A stretch of 64,000 bases of DNA from Camelus dromedarius (taxonomy: Eukaryota): positions 98,954,001 through 99,018,000 of the forward strand of contig NC_087436.1 of NCBI RefSeq assembly GCF_036321535.1, read 5' to 3'. Both the position numbers and the translations under genes were made by a program. Below, piece after piece: positions 39,301 through 52,459 of this stretch. The notes beneath the pieces are model-generated. The model made no database searches. It was not told where the DNA came from and worked only from the letters and a program-made list of their open reading frames with translations. The first letter of the stretch is position 1; each line of letters begins with the position of its first letter.

Positions 39301-41510
39301 ATCATTGCCTCAATTTATTAATTTTAATTCTCATTTGATTTTTATTGCTACAAACTTACACTGTTTAACCCATAATTTTAGCTGTACTTAGTTTGCAATT
39401 GTTGAGTCATACATACTATTTAATTGTCAGAATGTGATTTGTTTTATGTATCCAAAACTAAGTTTTAGTGAGATAATGTGATATTCCAAAGGTCACAAAA
39501 ATGACTACTTTATAGAGTTAGAGTTTGAATCAAAATTTAGTTAATGCTAACACTATGAGATTTGCCCTTTCATACATATAGCAGATGTTCAAGTATTTGT
39601 TGAATGAAGGAGTTAGGGAGAAAACGAGTGAATGAATAATTTAAATTCTATTGTTCTAGGAACACAAAGAATAACATATTGACCATACAATTAAATAGCC
39701 ATATAACATAATCTATAGAAGAAAGTAAATTTGCACTTACAATAAAATTGTAGGAGGGCAATGATAGAAATATGAACAGAGTTCTAACGAAACCTGATCC
39801 AGATATCTGGATAATTTCACACATTATTTCATTTCCTTAGTCTTTCCAGTCAGTTCAAGGAATAAAGCATAGACTACTGTTCCTTAAGAATTCAAGTTGG
39901 CAAAAGTTCTGTTTTCTTTCTTTTTTTTTAAATAATTTTTTAAAAGAGTTCTGCTGTAAATACAGCCAAATCAAAATTTAATTTAAGTTACTAAAAATAG
40001 TTACATTAAGTTTTTTCCTACATATAACCTGCTAGAGTCCATTGATGAATAGATTCTGAAGTTTAGGTGATTCAAAATGTTTTACATGTACTCAGTTCAT
40101 TTTTCCATGGTAACTTTCAACATAGTCTGAGGAAAATTGGATGAACTGCTTGCTCTCTGCCCTGGCAACTTGCATTCAGAGTCAATTCATGATGAAGGCC
40201 AGGCTGAAAAGTCAGAGCCTACTCCAAATAGATGTGCAAGTACTTTGTAAACTGTCGAGTATGATTCTACGGTCATTTTGTATTTTTATTAGCCTTCGTC
40301 TGAGAGACCAGAATCATGAACAACTCATGACATTGCAGAAGAAGGCAGAGTAGACTAAAATAGATTTGCTTCTCTTGCAAGGTCTGACCAGCGCCAGTTA
40401 CAAAGATTATTAAATATCAGTTACCCATCACAATTTTAAGTGCAAAATATGACAAAGATATAGGATCTCCTTAGTCTTTTCAAGATCTTTAGTAAAATGG
40501 ACCATATAGATATTAAACAGTATTTTATTGCAAAAATGGTATACAACTATGTTCCTATTTGCATGAATAATGAAATATTGATAACGCAGCCAATAAAATG
40601 ATTTATCATGCCCTTAATTTACTTCAGTGAGTGAATGACAACCTTTTCCCCTTAGGACAACTCAAGTAGCAAATTGATGGTGTGCAATACATTTCATGGA
40701 TCAAGAGATAGTATGAGTCATATAAGCACTACTGTCAGAAAACCTTCCCTGGAGAGTTAATTTATATTCACTGCACCAATGTTCATATTACTTTGAGTTG
40801 GCAAAGTGAGACTCTCACATTTTTTCCTCCAATATATTCCTCCACCATGAATTCTAAGTTAAAACTGATTTCTAACTATGTGCAGATGTTTGTTCATGAA
40901 AAGGTATATTTAGAAAAAAAATAAAAATTGTAGGCAATACAAAATTTAAAAAACTAAAATATGAACTCATAATTAGATGAAATACCATTTCAAGTTGGCC
41001 ATACATTGTGAGATTATTATATTAAAAAGGTCTCTCTCCTAAAATGGATCTTTCTCTAAAAATGATTGATAATACAAATTCAAGTTGTTTTTGCAAGTTT
41101 ATAAATTACTCCTAGGAAATAAAATATATGCTTTTCAGGGGAGGAAACTAACTTCTAAAGCCCTTTATTATACTGCAGAGGATGTCTGCTAACTTGAATA
41201 CTAACTGCAATGCTTGTACAAGAGCCTGGTAACATCACTATTGATCTCTCATATTTACAGAGGACTTTGTAGTTTAGAAAGATCTTGTCCTTATATTCAG
41301 TAAGTCTTATTTGAAACTTTGGTATGGATATATATTTAACATATATTTCAACATTAAAGACTTTTTTTTTTTCAAAGAGAAGAAAACAATCGGTCTGTTT
41401 GGTTTCTCTGAGCCTGAAAACTACTTCACTATTGATTCCTAGTCTATTTACAGAGGTCTCAAATAGTACATTTGTTTTTCCAATACAGGAAAACGTTAGG
41501 AAGTAGGAAA

Positions 41511-41551
41511 TAATAATGATGATGATGATGATGATGATGATAATAATAATA
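41511..41551. repeat. (AAT)n(GAT)n(AAT)n trinucleotide microsatellite
   Basis: Directly visible; it produces the poly-Ile run in ORF 41155..41628. Confidence 0.95.
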
Positions 41552-41630
41552 TAACAGTAGTAATAAAACCACTTTATTCCAGATGCAATGCAAATAACTA
41601 TACAAGAATTAGCACATTTCATGGGCATTA

Positions 41631-42228
41631 GGAGAAAATATTTGCAAATGATGCCATTGATAAGGGACTAATTTCCAAAATATTCAAACAGCTCATACAG
41701 CTTAACATAATAAAAAAGCAACCCAGTCAAAAAAATAGGCAGAAGACCTAAATAGACATCTCTCCAAAGAAGACATCCAGATGGCCAACAGGAAAAGATG
41801 CTCAACATCACTAATTATTAGAGAAATGCAAATCAAAACTACAGTGAGGTATCACCTCACACCAATCAGAATGGCCATCATTAAAAAGTCCACAAAAGGT
41901 AAACACTGGAGAGGGTGTGGAGAAAAAGGAACCTTCCTGCACTGCTGGTGGGAATGTAAACTGGTGAAGGTACTATGAAGGACAATATGGAGGTTCCTTA
42001 AAAAACTGAAAATAAACTTATCATATGATCCAGCAATCCCACTCTTGGGCATATATCCAGAGGAAAATATAATTCAAAAAGACACATGCACCCCAGTGTT
42101 CACAACAGCACTAATTACAATAGCCAGGACAGAAACAACCCAAATGTCCATCAACAGATTACCAGATAAAGAAGATGTGGTATGTATGTATGTATGTATG
42201 TATGTATGTATGTATGTATATACACACA

Positions 42229-42266
<38 letters not shown>

Positions 42267-42680
42267 GGCATACTACTCAGCCATAAAAAATAATAAAATA
42301 ATGCCATTTGCAGCATGGATCTGGTGACTGTCATTCTAAGTGAAGTAAGCCAGAAAGAGAAAAAAAATACCATATGGTATCACTTATATGTGGAATCTAA
42401 AAAAAAGGACACAAATGAACTTATCTACAAAACAGAAACAGACTCACAGACACAGAGAACAAACTTATGTTTACCAGGGGGTAAGAGGGGTGGGAAAGGA
42501 TAAAGTAGGAATTCAAAATTTGCACCTCTTGGGGAGAGATGGAAATGTTAGCTATCTTGATTGTGGTGGTGATTTCACTGGCGTATAGATCTGTCAAAAT
42601 TCATCAAATTGTATGTCTTAAATAGGTATAGTTTACTGTACAGGAATTGTACCACAATAAAGATGTTTGAAAAAAAAAGA
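41631..42680 (+). mobile_element. L1 3' part (ORF2 C-terminus and 3' UTR), artiodactyl type, with an atypical tail
   Basis: ORF track gives the L1 ORF2 peptide ...[31 protein letters not shown]...CWWECKLV. Frameshifted. Ends aataaagatgtttg plus A-run. Interrupts a MIR that resumes at ~42685. Confidence 0.95.
42181..42264. repeat. (TATG)n(CA)n microsatellite inside L1
   Basis: Directly visible. Confidence 0.97.
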
Positions 42681-44389
42681 AAAACATATATGAGATAGAG
42701 CTAAGAATTATTATTTACTCATGTAATGAATGAGGACTGTGAAAATAGGAGACCACACATAATCTGTTCAAAAACTCATAGCTAATAAAAACAGAAATGC
42801 AATTGGAAACCCATTCCTCCTATCAGTAAATGATTAAATTATTACATTCTCATCTGTAAATTATTAAAAATGAAAAACATACAAAACCAAAACAATAATC
42901 AAGATACCCTGAAACTCTGCAATATACTTAAAGGTATTTTTTTTTAAATGTCTAAAGAACACAGTCTTTTCCTTCCATCAGTGCTCTCACGATGCTCATA
43001 ATGCCAGATCATTAATCTTGGTGGTCAGTTTTTTTGACTTCTGCATAGTCTAGGGTCCATTTCTTACCAAATTTAAACGGTGTTAATGGGTCTTCTGTGA
43101 CAGTGTTCTAATTTTAATGGTACTAGCTGCAGCCAGAGCTTTCTAAGCAAGTTAGACTCACTTAAATATTCATAAAGCTTTTCAAGGAAAAACACTAAGG
43201 TTAAATGACTTCAAATAAACAAATATTTTACGGAAGTTAGTGTTTCTTGTTTTTATAGCATTTGATCAGAACATTGTATAGAAGACACCCTGTTAGTCAA
43301 TGCATGGTTTAGTTCACCAATAAATAGATTGCTTTTCCTCAGTGTAAACCAAGTTCAAGGCAATAAAAGCATGAGACAGACATGACATCTTGGTGGTAGG
43401 AACAGCTAAATATTAAAATATATTTTTTCAATAAATTACTTGTTTCTTATGACAAAAATAACACCTATTGTAAAGAATTTAGAAATCTTAGAAAGGCAGT
43501 AACCTGGGTCAGATTTATTCTGATCATAGCCCCTGAGAGGTACTTCTGTATTGACCTCTCTGCAGTGTATTCTCAGCAGCCCAAGCGGTTCCTATAAAAT
43601 TGAGGAAAACATTCTGTTGCATGAAACTTTACAATGACTCATAATAAAGCTATGAGTGGCTATAAATTCTAATTCTCTTTAACCTGACTTCTTTCCTGTG
43701 ATTCATCCCCTTTATCTTGTGTTAAAGTCAAATGGACCTCTTTTCTATTCCACGTGAAGAGCATGAGACTATAGCTAAAAAGGATCTTAGTGAATACCTA
43801 AAATATTCTCTCCTTTACTCTCTGATTACCCTGGATTTATCATCTTCATAGAACATATAAACCTGTATTTACCATGTTTATTCAGCATGTGTTTGTTTAT
43901 AATGTTTTCTCTGTCTTGGACAGCCGATATTTTAACTTTTACACGAAGTGTGTCTCAGCCTTCCCTAGCAATATAAGGTAAGAGAGGGCAGTTCAGTCGG
44001 CAGGCTTCCATAACACCTATCATTCTCTTCTACCTCTCCAACTTAAAGAATTCTCTCCCCATCCTGGGATCTAGGCACAGATGACTGTCAACTGAAGAAG
44101 TTGAGGTCATATGAATGTGTTGATATGTATATCTTCAGTGGCCCTAAATGTTAGAAAAAATAGATATAGATGGATTTAGGTTCAGTTTTATTTATTTACA
44201 CAAAATATGAAGCTAGTTTTCCACCAAGCAGCTCCATCAAGCATTTCACTGGGCTACCTCAAGAGACTATGTTAGGTCATCCTTCTTCATCATGCTGTTA
44301 GTAGGAAAAAATATATAAATATACACTTTTCTAGTGATGATTTGCTGATGCTCATTAAGTGTAATCAGACCTAACATGTTGTGGGGACA

Positions 44390-44910
44390 CATGAATTTCA
44401 TGTGTTCAACAAATATCTAGTGAATGTCCACTCTGTGCCAGGAACAGCACTATATTTGGGGGATCCAACAGTCAATAAAACAGAAAAAAATAGTCTAGCA
44501 TCATGGACCTTAAGTTCTTGGGGACAGGTAGGCAGGAAGAATGAAAGAACATATTAAATAATAAGAAATACTAAGGAGAAACACACACAGGAAGGAGCAT
44601 AAGGAGTGTTGGAAGAAGAGGAGTTCAATTAAAATTAGGGTCACAAGTAAGGCCTCCCTGAGAAAGTGATGTTTGAGTAAAGATCTAAAAAAGGGGAGTG
44701 AGCAAGTGAAGAAAACATTTGGGGTGGGGAAGGGTGGAGTATTCCAGACACACTGAGTAGAGCAACTGTGTGCAATCAATGGCCATGGCTGTGGATATGT
44801 CTGGTGTAACCTAGATTAGCAGTGAGGCCACTGAGGCTGCAGCAGAGTTTGCAAGAGGAGAGCAGGTGGATTCGAGAGATTCGAGCAGGGGTGACATGAC
44901 TTGATTAACA
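44390..44910 (-). mobile_element. L2 LINE 3' part
   Basis: ttcaacaaatatctagtgaatgtccactctgtgccagg ... aaggcctccctgagaaagtgatgtttgagtaaagatct ... gaggccactgaggctgcagcagag. Confidence 0.85.
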
Positions 44911-45360
44911 GGATCACATACATTTTCAGTGACTACATGAGTAGATTTAATCAATTAGTTGTCCACAACAGATAAAGAACTAGTTAAGGATAATAAACTA
45001 GTTAATAGCAAGCCAGTACTTAAACCTAAATCTGGTTCCTATTTTTATCCTGGTGTCACATTGACTAGTATTTTCCTTTATCATCCTCTAATGCACACCA
45101 TATCCCCAAATCTCTGAGGGCAAAACAAATTTATGCTTTTACAGCATAAGCACTTACAGACAAGGAGATTTTATCTTTTGAAAAATCCCAACAACGTCTT
45201 CTTCAAATAAATAATCTTCCTGAATATTCCTACGTGCCCTTTAAAAATAGACTTACTTTTATATAAGAAAGATTTTAGAAATATGTACAGTGTGATTAAA
45301 AAGAAAGTGTCACACAATTCTTAATAAGAAAAATCCCCTTACTTAAGGCTGCCAGAAAAC

Positions 45361-45916
45361 CGCAGTGTCATGGTGGGCTAGAAAACTAGCCTCCAAGACT
45401 AGGAATTGCTGACCCCTATTTCCGAGAAGCAGCATTTAATTGGACTCTTCTTCCTAACTCCATTTCCTGGAATGAACACAGGCCTTTGTCCTTAGCTCTA
45501 GACGAACATTATCAAAATGAAATGTTATTCCTTACGCACCTCTCGTAAGCATTCTGTTCGCCTTCATTGGTAACCGTAGTTCATACTGAAATCTTTTCAT
45601 CTGTCACTTTCATTTCTTGGACGGGGCAATCGAATGTGTTTGCGTTTACTCTACAGGCAGCATAAAGCAAGTTTAGTAAAGCAGTAGAACTATACCTGCC
45701 ACGGAAACCACTGGATGAGGACGCTGAGTCCTATTTGCATGCACTATGCCTGCCAGGACATACGGCAGAGAAGATAAAAGTGAATTCTATTGTACCTTAA
45801 TCGTTAAATCCCACACGTTTGTCGCTGAACATGCAGGGCAAAATGCACTGAGTACCCTGGGGTCATTGCAAAAGAAAGGATTCCTAAAACTGTAAGTCTA
45901 CCTTTCTGAATAGCGT
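45361..45916. promoter_or_regulatory. CpG-retaining unique segment, candidate regulatory element
   Basis: About 17 CpG in ~555 bp by hand count, against a strongly depleted background. Octamer ATTTGCAT at 45733-45740; TGAGTC and AGATAA motifs nearby. Confidence 0.4.
45657..45891 (+). other. Candidate exon (stop-containing or non-coding)
   Basis: Acceptor gtgtttgcgtttactctacag|G and donor ACT|gtaagt. In phase 2 it reads R-QHKASLVKQ-stop (TAG at 45685-45687). Confidence 0.35.
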
Positions 45917-45997
45917 CATGGATTTTAGCATTGCTTTAAATGAATTTGTAAACCTGAGTCTTTTTAGTTTAGTCTGGTTTCTTTCCTGATTACCAAT

Positions 45998-46363
45998 TGT
46001 TAAGGCCTAAATGTTTGTGTTCCCCAAAATTCATCTGTAGAAAACTCTATTCTCTGATGTGATGATATTTGGAGATGGGGCCTTTGGCAGGTAGATAGGT
46101 TATGAGGGTGAAGGCCTCATGATGGGATTAGGGCCCTTATAAAGGAGACTGGGGAGTTCTCCCGCAATCCTCCTGCCATGTGAGGAGACAATGAGAAGAT
46201 AGTGGTCTATAAACAAGGAAATGCGCCCTCACCAGCTAGCGAACCCGTTGGTGCCTTGACCTTGGACTTCCCTGATTACAGAACTATGAGAACGAAATGT
46301 TTGTTGCTTATAAGTCACCTAGTCTATGGTATTTTGTTATAGCAGCACACAAAATATAATGCA
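45998..46363 (+). mobile_element. MaLR LTR, MLT1A-like, full length
   Basis: aatgtttgtgttccccaaaattcat ... cctcatgatgggattagggcccttataaag ... gccttgaccttggacttccc ... ctatggtattttgttatagcagc. Confidence 0.92.
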
Positions 46364-46589
46364 TCAGACTATCACCATTTTCATTTATTCAATCATTCTT
46401 TCATTCAAAAATGTTTATTGAACATGATTATGTAATCATTAAAATATTAAGTTGATTATATATCTCCGTTATTTTGTTAATGTGCAAATTGCTTTGGTGT
46501 TCAGATTTTAAACCAAACTCACACATTATCATTTGGCTTTTCAAATCTTATTTGCATGCCCATATTCTGTTTTATTAATGACCCTTCTA

Positions 46590-47165
46590 AATCTACAATG
46601 TCTTATTTTATTATAATTACATTATTCTGGATTTGATTTGCTAACTTTAAAAGGAATTTTGCATTTTTTTTAATGATATTAAGTCAAATTTTTGTTATTG
46701 TTAGATTTCCTTCCTAAAAAGATTATGGTAGTCTCCCAAAATGAGATCCAGTGTATCCACTCTTTTCTTCCCTCTCTGGAAATATTAATGTAATATTCAG
46801 GTTTTTTTTTTTTCCTTTGTAAGTTTGGTTAAATTAATCAATAAAGATATTTTGGCTATGATTTTCTTCATGGAATGTTTTTCATTAAAAGTTGAACTGC
46901 TTTATTAGCTCTATATTTGTTGAAATTTCATGCAACTATTTCTGTCAGATTTGGTAGATGCCACTTGTCCATTTCATTTAAAGATTTATAATTTATTACA
47001 AATTATTTTATAAATTATTTTTAAATTTATAAATTATTTTAAAATAATACCCCCATTATTTTCTTTTTAACATCTAAAGTATCTTAGATGGTGCCTTCTA
47101 TTTTATGTCTGACACTGGGGTCTTAAAGAGGTTTCTTTATTTTCCTTGATCAGTTTTATGAAAGC
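46590..47165 (-). mobile_element. Old L1 (L1ME-like) fragment
   Basis: ctggatttgatttgctaa ... aattttgcattt ... ttgtccatttcatttaaagattt. Confidence 0.6.
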
Positions 47166-47300
47166 ACTTTGGTTTTCTTATCTATAAAATGGGGAAAGAT
47201 CATCATTTCATAGGAATGGTATAATGATGAAATATTATTCCACATTTTAAAAACTTAGAACACTTCTTGGAGCTTAGCAAGTTCTCAATATAGGTTACCT
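47166..47300 (+). mobile_element. MIR fragment
   Basis: ggttttcttatctataaaatgggga ... cttagaacacttcttgg ... gttctcaata. Confidence 0.7.
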
Positions 47301-47781
47301 GATGACTAATACTTCTATTATTATTTTCTTCATAGTCTTACAAGGGCCTTCAATGGCATAAGGCAAAGAAGAACACACATTAAAAAATGCAGAATATTGG
47401 TGCTAGTTGCAAATCAGAAAGAAGATGAGGCCAATTCACCAGAAGTACCGGTGCCTTAGAAAGTTATTTGTTAGAAATTCCTCAACTACTGGACAACTTT
47501 TCTATACTTAACCCATAGACAATGAAGTGAGGCAGCAGAGTTTGATGAGCCAAAGTAATACAACCACCTCCCTGTAGGCAGTTAGTGATGAAGAGTGGCT
47601 CCCTCTCCTCTACTTCTTTCCCACTATCGAGTGGTAGGGAACAGAAGAGAGAGGAAAAGGTGTGTTGGAATGGGTATTTCCTCCCACTCCCAATAATTCA
47701 ATTCTAAATATGATTTAGTCTTAAAAACAAACCAAAGAAACAAAAATAAAGAATAGGATTCCTGTCAGAGGGAGGGATAAA

Positions 47782-48927
47782 TGTATTAGTTACTGTTGGT
47801 TGCTGTAACAAATAAAGTCTTTAAAATATTCCTGAAAGATTATCATCATTTAATTTCAAAATGAGTATTTCTACCTTCCAGGTAGTGAGCAATATTTCAA
47901 ATACCTTCCATATTATGGCTCCCCCAGGTCCTAAGAAACATTTTTTTCTTCTAGCCACCAAATACTGATTTCACTTCTCTTCTCATATATCAAAAACATC
48001 CTTATATCAGTTGTGTCAACCCAAAGTTCAATGCAGTCACTGTCTGTAGCTTAAAATCCTAAGTTATCATGTGATAGTATTTTTCCTCTTCCAACTGTTC
48101 ACATCCTATAATTTATGAATTCTTTATATCCAATTTTTTTCTCTTTGAAAATTGTCCAATTCCAGTCTGTGCACATGGATTTCCTGTAAAATATGTTAAG
48201 GAATTCTCCAGTGAAGACAAACAAATGGCCAATAGGCACATGAAAAAATGCTCAGTATTGCTAATTATCAGACAAATGCAAATCAAAGCTACAATGAGGT
48301 ATCACTTCATACCAGTCAGAATGGCCATCATTAAAAAGTCCACAAATGATAAATTCTGGAGAGGATGTTGAGAAAAGGGAACCCTCCTACACTGCTGGTG
48401 GGAATGTAGGTTGGTGCAGCCATTATGGAAAACAGTATGGAGATTCCTCAAAAGACTAAAAATAGACTTAGTGTATGATCCATCAATCCCACTCCTGGGC
48501 ATATATCCAGAGGGAAACTTAATTCAAAAAGATGCATACACCCCAATGTTCACAGCAGCACTATTTACAACAGCCAAGGCATGGAAACAACCTAAATGTC
48601 CATCAACAGGTGACTGAATAAAGAAGTTTTGGTATATTTATACAATGGAATACCACTCAATCATAAAAAAATAATAAAATAATGCCATTTGCAGCAACAT
48701 GGATGGGCCTGGAGACTGTCATTCTAAGTTAAGTAAGCCAGAAAGAGAAAGAAAAATACCACACGATATCACTTATAGGTGGAATCTAAAAAAAAGACAA
48801 ATGAACTTATTTACAAAACAGAAACAGACTCACAGACATAGAAAACAAACTTATGTTTACTGGGTGGAAGGGAATGGGAAGGGATAAATTGGGAGTTTGA
48901 GATTTGCAGATACTAACTAATACTAAC

Positions 48928-48962
<35 letters not shown>

Positions 48963-49811
48963 TATACACATATGAATATGATAAACAAGTTCATACTGTA
49001 TAGCACAGGGAGCCAGATTCAATATCTTGTAGTAATTCACAGTGAGAAAGAATACAAAAACATATATATGTACCTTCACATATGACTGAAGCATTATGCC
49101 ATACACCATAAATTGACACAACATTATAAACTGACTATACTTCAATAATATATATATATGTATAAAGTAATAGGAAAAGCCAATCTGTATTATGATACCA
49201 ACTATGCCTCTTAGAGCCATAAGCTCTGTGTAGTATCTTCCAAGTCATAGCACGTAACAGTTTTAATAAGTGTTGTATAATGGTTTTCCACCTCTTCAGC
49301 CTCCAATATGTTTCTTTGCTATCCTCTATTATAAAGCCAATGTCACAAATTTGAGGAGTTACTTTTATAGCTCTCTCTCACCTATTTCTGTATCAGTTAC
49401 ATTATCAGAGCAGTAAAACACAAGCTCTGTAATCTCCTACATCAGTAGGAGTATATTTTCCACTCACATAAAGAGCAAAAGGATATTTCTGGTCAGCAGG
49501 TTGCTCTTTTCTTGACAGTGATTCAGGATCGCTGGTTATCCTCCTTTTAAAGCTGTACCATTTCATAGGTTTAACTGTGTCCAGTGGAATGGCAAATGAG
49601 AAGATGTCATACATGGGAGGTAACTATGAGCCATGCTAAATGTGACACCCATTACCTCCACTTACATTCCACTGGCCAGAACTCAGTAATGTGACCTCTC
49701 AACCAGAGGACCACATTTAAAGACGAAGGAAGACGACAGGTATGGATTTGTTATTTGTGCAAGGCAAAGACAAAAAAGTGTTTAGTGAATCATTAGCTTG
49801 TCTCTCTCACA
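47782..49811 (-). mobile_element. Degraded MaLR element (MLT1J-like LTR remnant, internal region, LTR) interrupted by L1
   Basis: LTR end tgtattagttactgttggttgctgtaacaaa at 47782. Internal/LTR junction aaagccaatgtcaca...cctatttc|tgtatcag at ~49388. Second LTR has cacttacattccactggccagaactcagt and ends ctctctcaca. Confidence 0.6.
48202..49160 (+). mobile_element. Camelid/artiodactyl L1 3' part
   Basis: ORF2 C-terminal peptide [33 protein letters not shown]; 3' UTR ending gacacaacattataaactgactatacttcaat; internal (TA)n(CA)n at ~48929-48970. Confidence 0.95.
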
Positions 49812-51514
49812 ATATACTAAGAAGTTAAGTTCTAGATATTTGAGATAAGTTTTGTTCTAATGGTAATATCTAGAATGTAATTTCTATAAAGGCAGAAATC
49901 ACTCTTGATTTTTATATAACTTTAATCCTAGCATTTAGCAGGTACTATAAACTGTATAAAATCATTTATTTAATTAATGATTATCCAGTAGGTAGTTGGA
50001 TATAGATCTCTCTTAAAATAGTCACTAGTGAAGAACCTTGAGAAAAGTGGCTATATATTTGAAGTAGCTGCCTGAGAGGAAAGGGGTAGGGAAATAAGGC
50101 TTTGTAAAAATAAAAGGATCATGGGACTAGAGACATCATTAAGACCATGGTGATAGATGGTTTATGGACATGGATGATGAGAGATGTTCATAAGTAGAGG
50201 AGGGGAGGAGGGGAATGAATTGGAATCAATGTTAAAGGAAACTGGAAGTCAGTTTATTCACTTCCATATAGAGTTCTCTGTACATACCAATAACTATTCA
50301 TATTTATGACACATTTGATCCTATTGTCATTGTTTTATGTACTTTCTTCCAATACATTAACATCTTTAGAGGTTATGACAATCATCTAAAAAATATCACC
50401 CCCTCGTAATGGCTGTTTTAGATCTCTGTATACAATGTGTATTCAATGAACACCTTTGGTTGACAATTTTAAAAAATCTCCTTGAAATGGAAAGAAATTG
50501 AATGTAAAGATTAAATTCACATTTGCATAAATATTTAAAGAATAAAAAAGCAATAGTTTGATAGTAATTAGTGCTATCATTTATTATATTTTGAAAAACA
50601 GCATTTCTTTTTAAATATTAAAAAAATGCAAAAACTGCATTGTTCAACTTCACAGTTTTCTACACTCCCAAGTTCAGAAAATAAGTCTTGTTGAGAAACA
50701 CAATCACCTACTCATAGTGCACCATAAAGCATCACAATGAACAAGGATATTGTAATGCACTGATTGAAAATAAGTCCCCTTCTTAATGGGAGAGGAAGAA
50801 GTAATTTCATAGCTTTGGGAATTTTTGTTATATAGAGTCTAGTACTATATTTTTGTCATATATATTTTAGTGCATCTTGGCAGCAAACACATTGTTTTAT
50901 ATAGCAAATTCTTTAGAAGACTTGACTTCAACTGAGGTGAAATGAAAAATGTACCTGAAGTTCATAGTGTCTGCCATGTAATTAGTTCCCTTGCCGCTGG
51001 CATAGGAGGATGTGAAATTATGGTCCCTATATCTGCTGAACCAGCTTTTTTCTAGTCTAGTCTTAGTATTATTACTACTAATCCTTTTCTCTTTCCCTGG
51101 CTGTTCACAGCCCCACGAGGCTTCTCAGTCAGGAGTCTTAATAAAAGACTGAGCAGCTCCATATGGCTTTGCAGTGGCAAATGTAGAAGGGGTTATTGGT
51201 CAGGACATTTGGGGAGAGGAAGACTAATAGATCCTGTGCCTTCAAAGGCTATAATTTCAAGTGATAATTAGAAGAAACTACAAAAGAGAGTCTGTTCCCA
51301 GTGGTGTAACATACTCTTTGTTCGAAATTTCCCCTAAAATAGTGAATAAATACCACCCAGATTTGGGGGAAAAGAAAACAAAATACCACAAATCATCTTT
51401 TATTTGCTTCTTAATATCAAAATCTTGCCAGCAACTAAAATCAAGTTCTTAATATAGATGTTTCAAAAATCAAAACCAAAAAATATTCTAAGTGTTTTGG
51501 AAAAGTTGTATGGG

Positions 51515-51750
51515 AACATGGCCCAGTGAAAAGTTGAGAGCTGTGAAATGTAACAGCCATGGGTTTGAATTCTGAGGCCTACTTGGCATGTGAACTTGAA
51601 TAAAACAGTTGCTATTTATATCTTTACTTTTCTCACCTGTAAAATAGAAGTGTAGTAAATGATTTACAGTGTCTTAAACTATTGAGATAATATTATCTTT
51701 ATAATATATTCACATATACTACTAAGCACATTGTAAACCTTAGATGCCAT
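51515..51750 (+). mobile_element. MIR SINE
   Basis: atgggtttgaattctg ... catgtgaacttgaataa ... ttttctcacctgtaaaatag. Confidence 0.72.
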
Positions 51751-52459
51751 GAAACAATTTTTTTGTCATTTACGGACAGGACACTTTGCTGCCAGCACCT
51801 TTGCTACTAAGAACATCTAACTTGGAATCTTATTTTGTGGCACTGATTCCTGCATTGAGTATCTGTATTTTGGTTCACAAATTTGAGTTGAGGACCTATT
51901 TAATAGAGGCTCAATTCTTTGAATTAAAGGACAAAAACGAAAGTTTGAGTTTGAAATTCTGTAATTCTGTTAATTACAACTTAGAAAGGAGAAGTTTTGA
52001 AGATACTAAAAGATTTGCCTAAGAAAAAGCAAAATGAGAAAGAGATAAATTGTGAAAACAGCTGTAATAAAAAGAGGAAGAAAAGAAGGCAAAAAACTAA
52101 GCAGTAAATATGTCCATGTAACATATCACAACAAATATTAATAATTTAGAATAGAATCTTTAAGCAATCTAAGCCAATATTTTTGAGTTATATCTATCTT
52201 TATGATTTTGTTTTTATTTTTTATTTATTTTTTTTTGTTGTTGTTCTTCTGACCCAGGTCTTCCTTATAAAAAGACATCTTTTTTTTTTTTAACTCTAAA
52301 ATGATAGAATATCTGTTCCATTTGCCTTTCTAATTCATTAATGGGAACTATCTTATTCTCATTTATACTTAAGCTACAGATGGTGTCTGAAGAGTCAGGA
52401 AGACCACTTGTATAATTTCTACTTTCATGCTTTTGATAAACCAGTATATTTTCTGCATT

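Noticed and set aside
39797..39812. Perfect 16-bp palindrome ATCCAGATATCTGGAT
   Set aside because: About one is expected by chance in 64 kb (64000/4^8).
41155..41628. Longest ORF (157 aa) with a poly-Ile run
   Set aside because: Poly-Ile comes from an (ATC/ATT)n microsatellite; no recognisable domain or exon structure.
41781..42588. Cluster of ORFs with protein-like sequence
   Set aside because: Frameshifted L1 ORF2 C-terminus and 3' UTR read-through, not a host gene. The same applies to 48302-49220.
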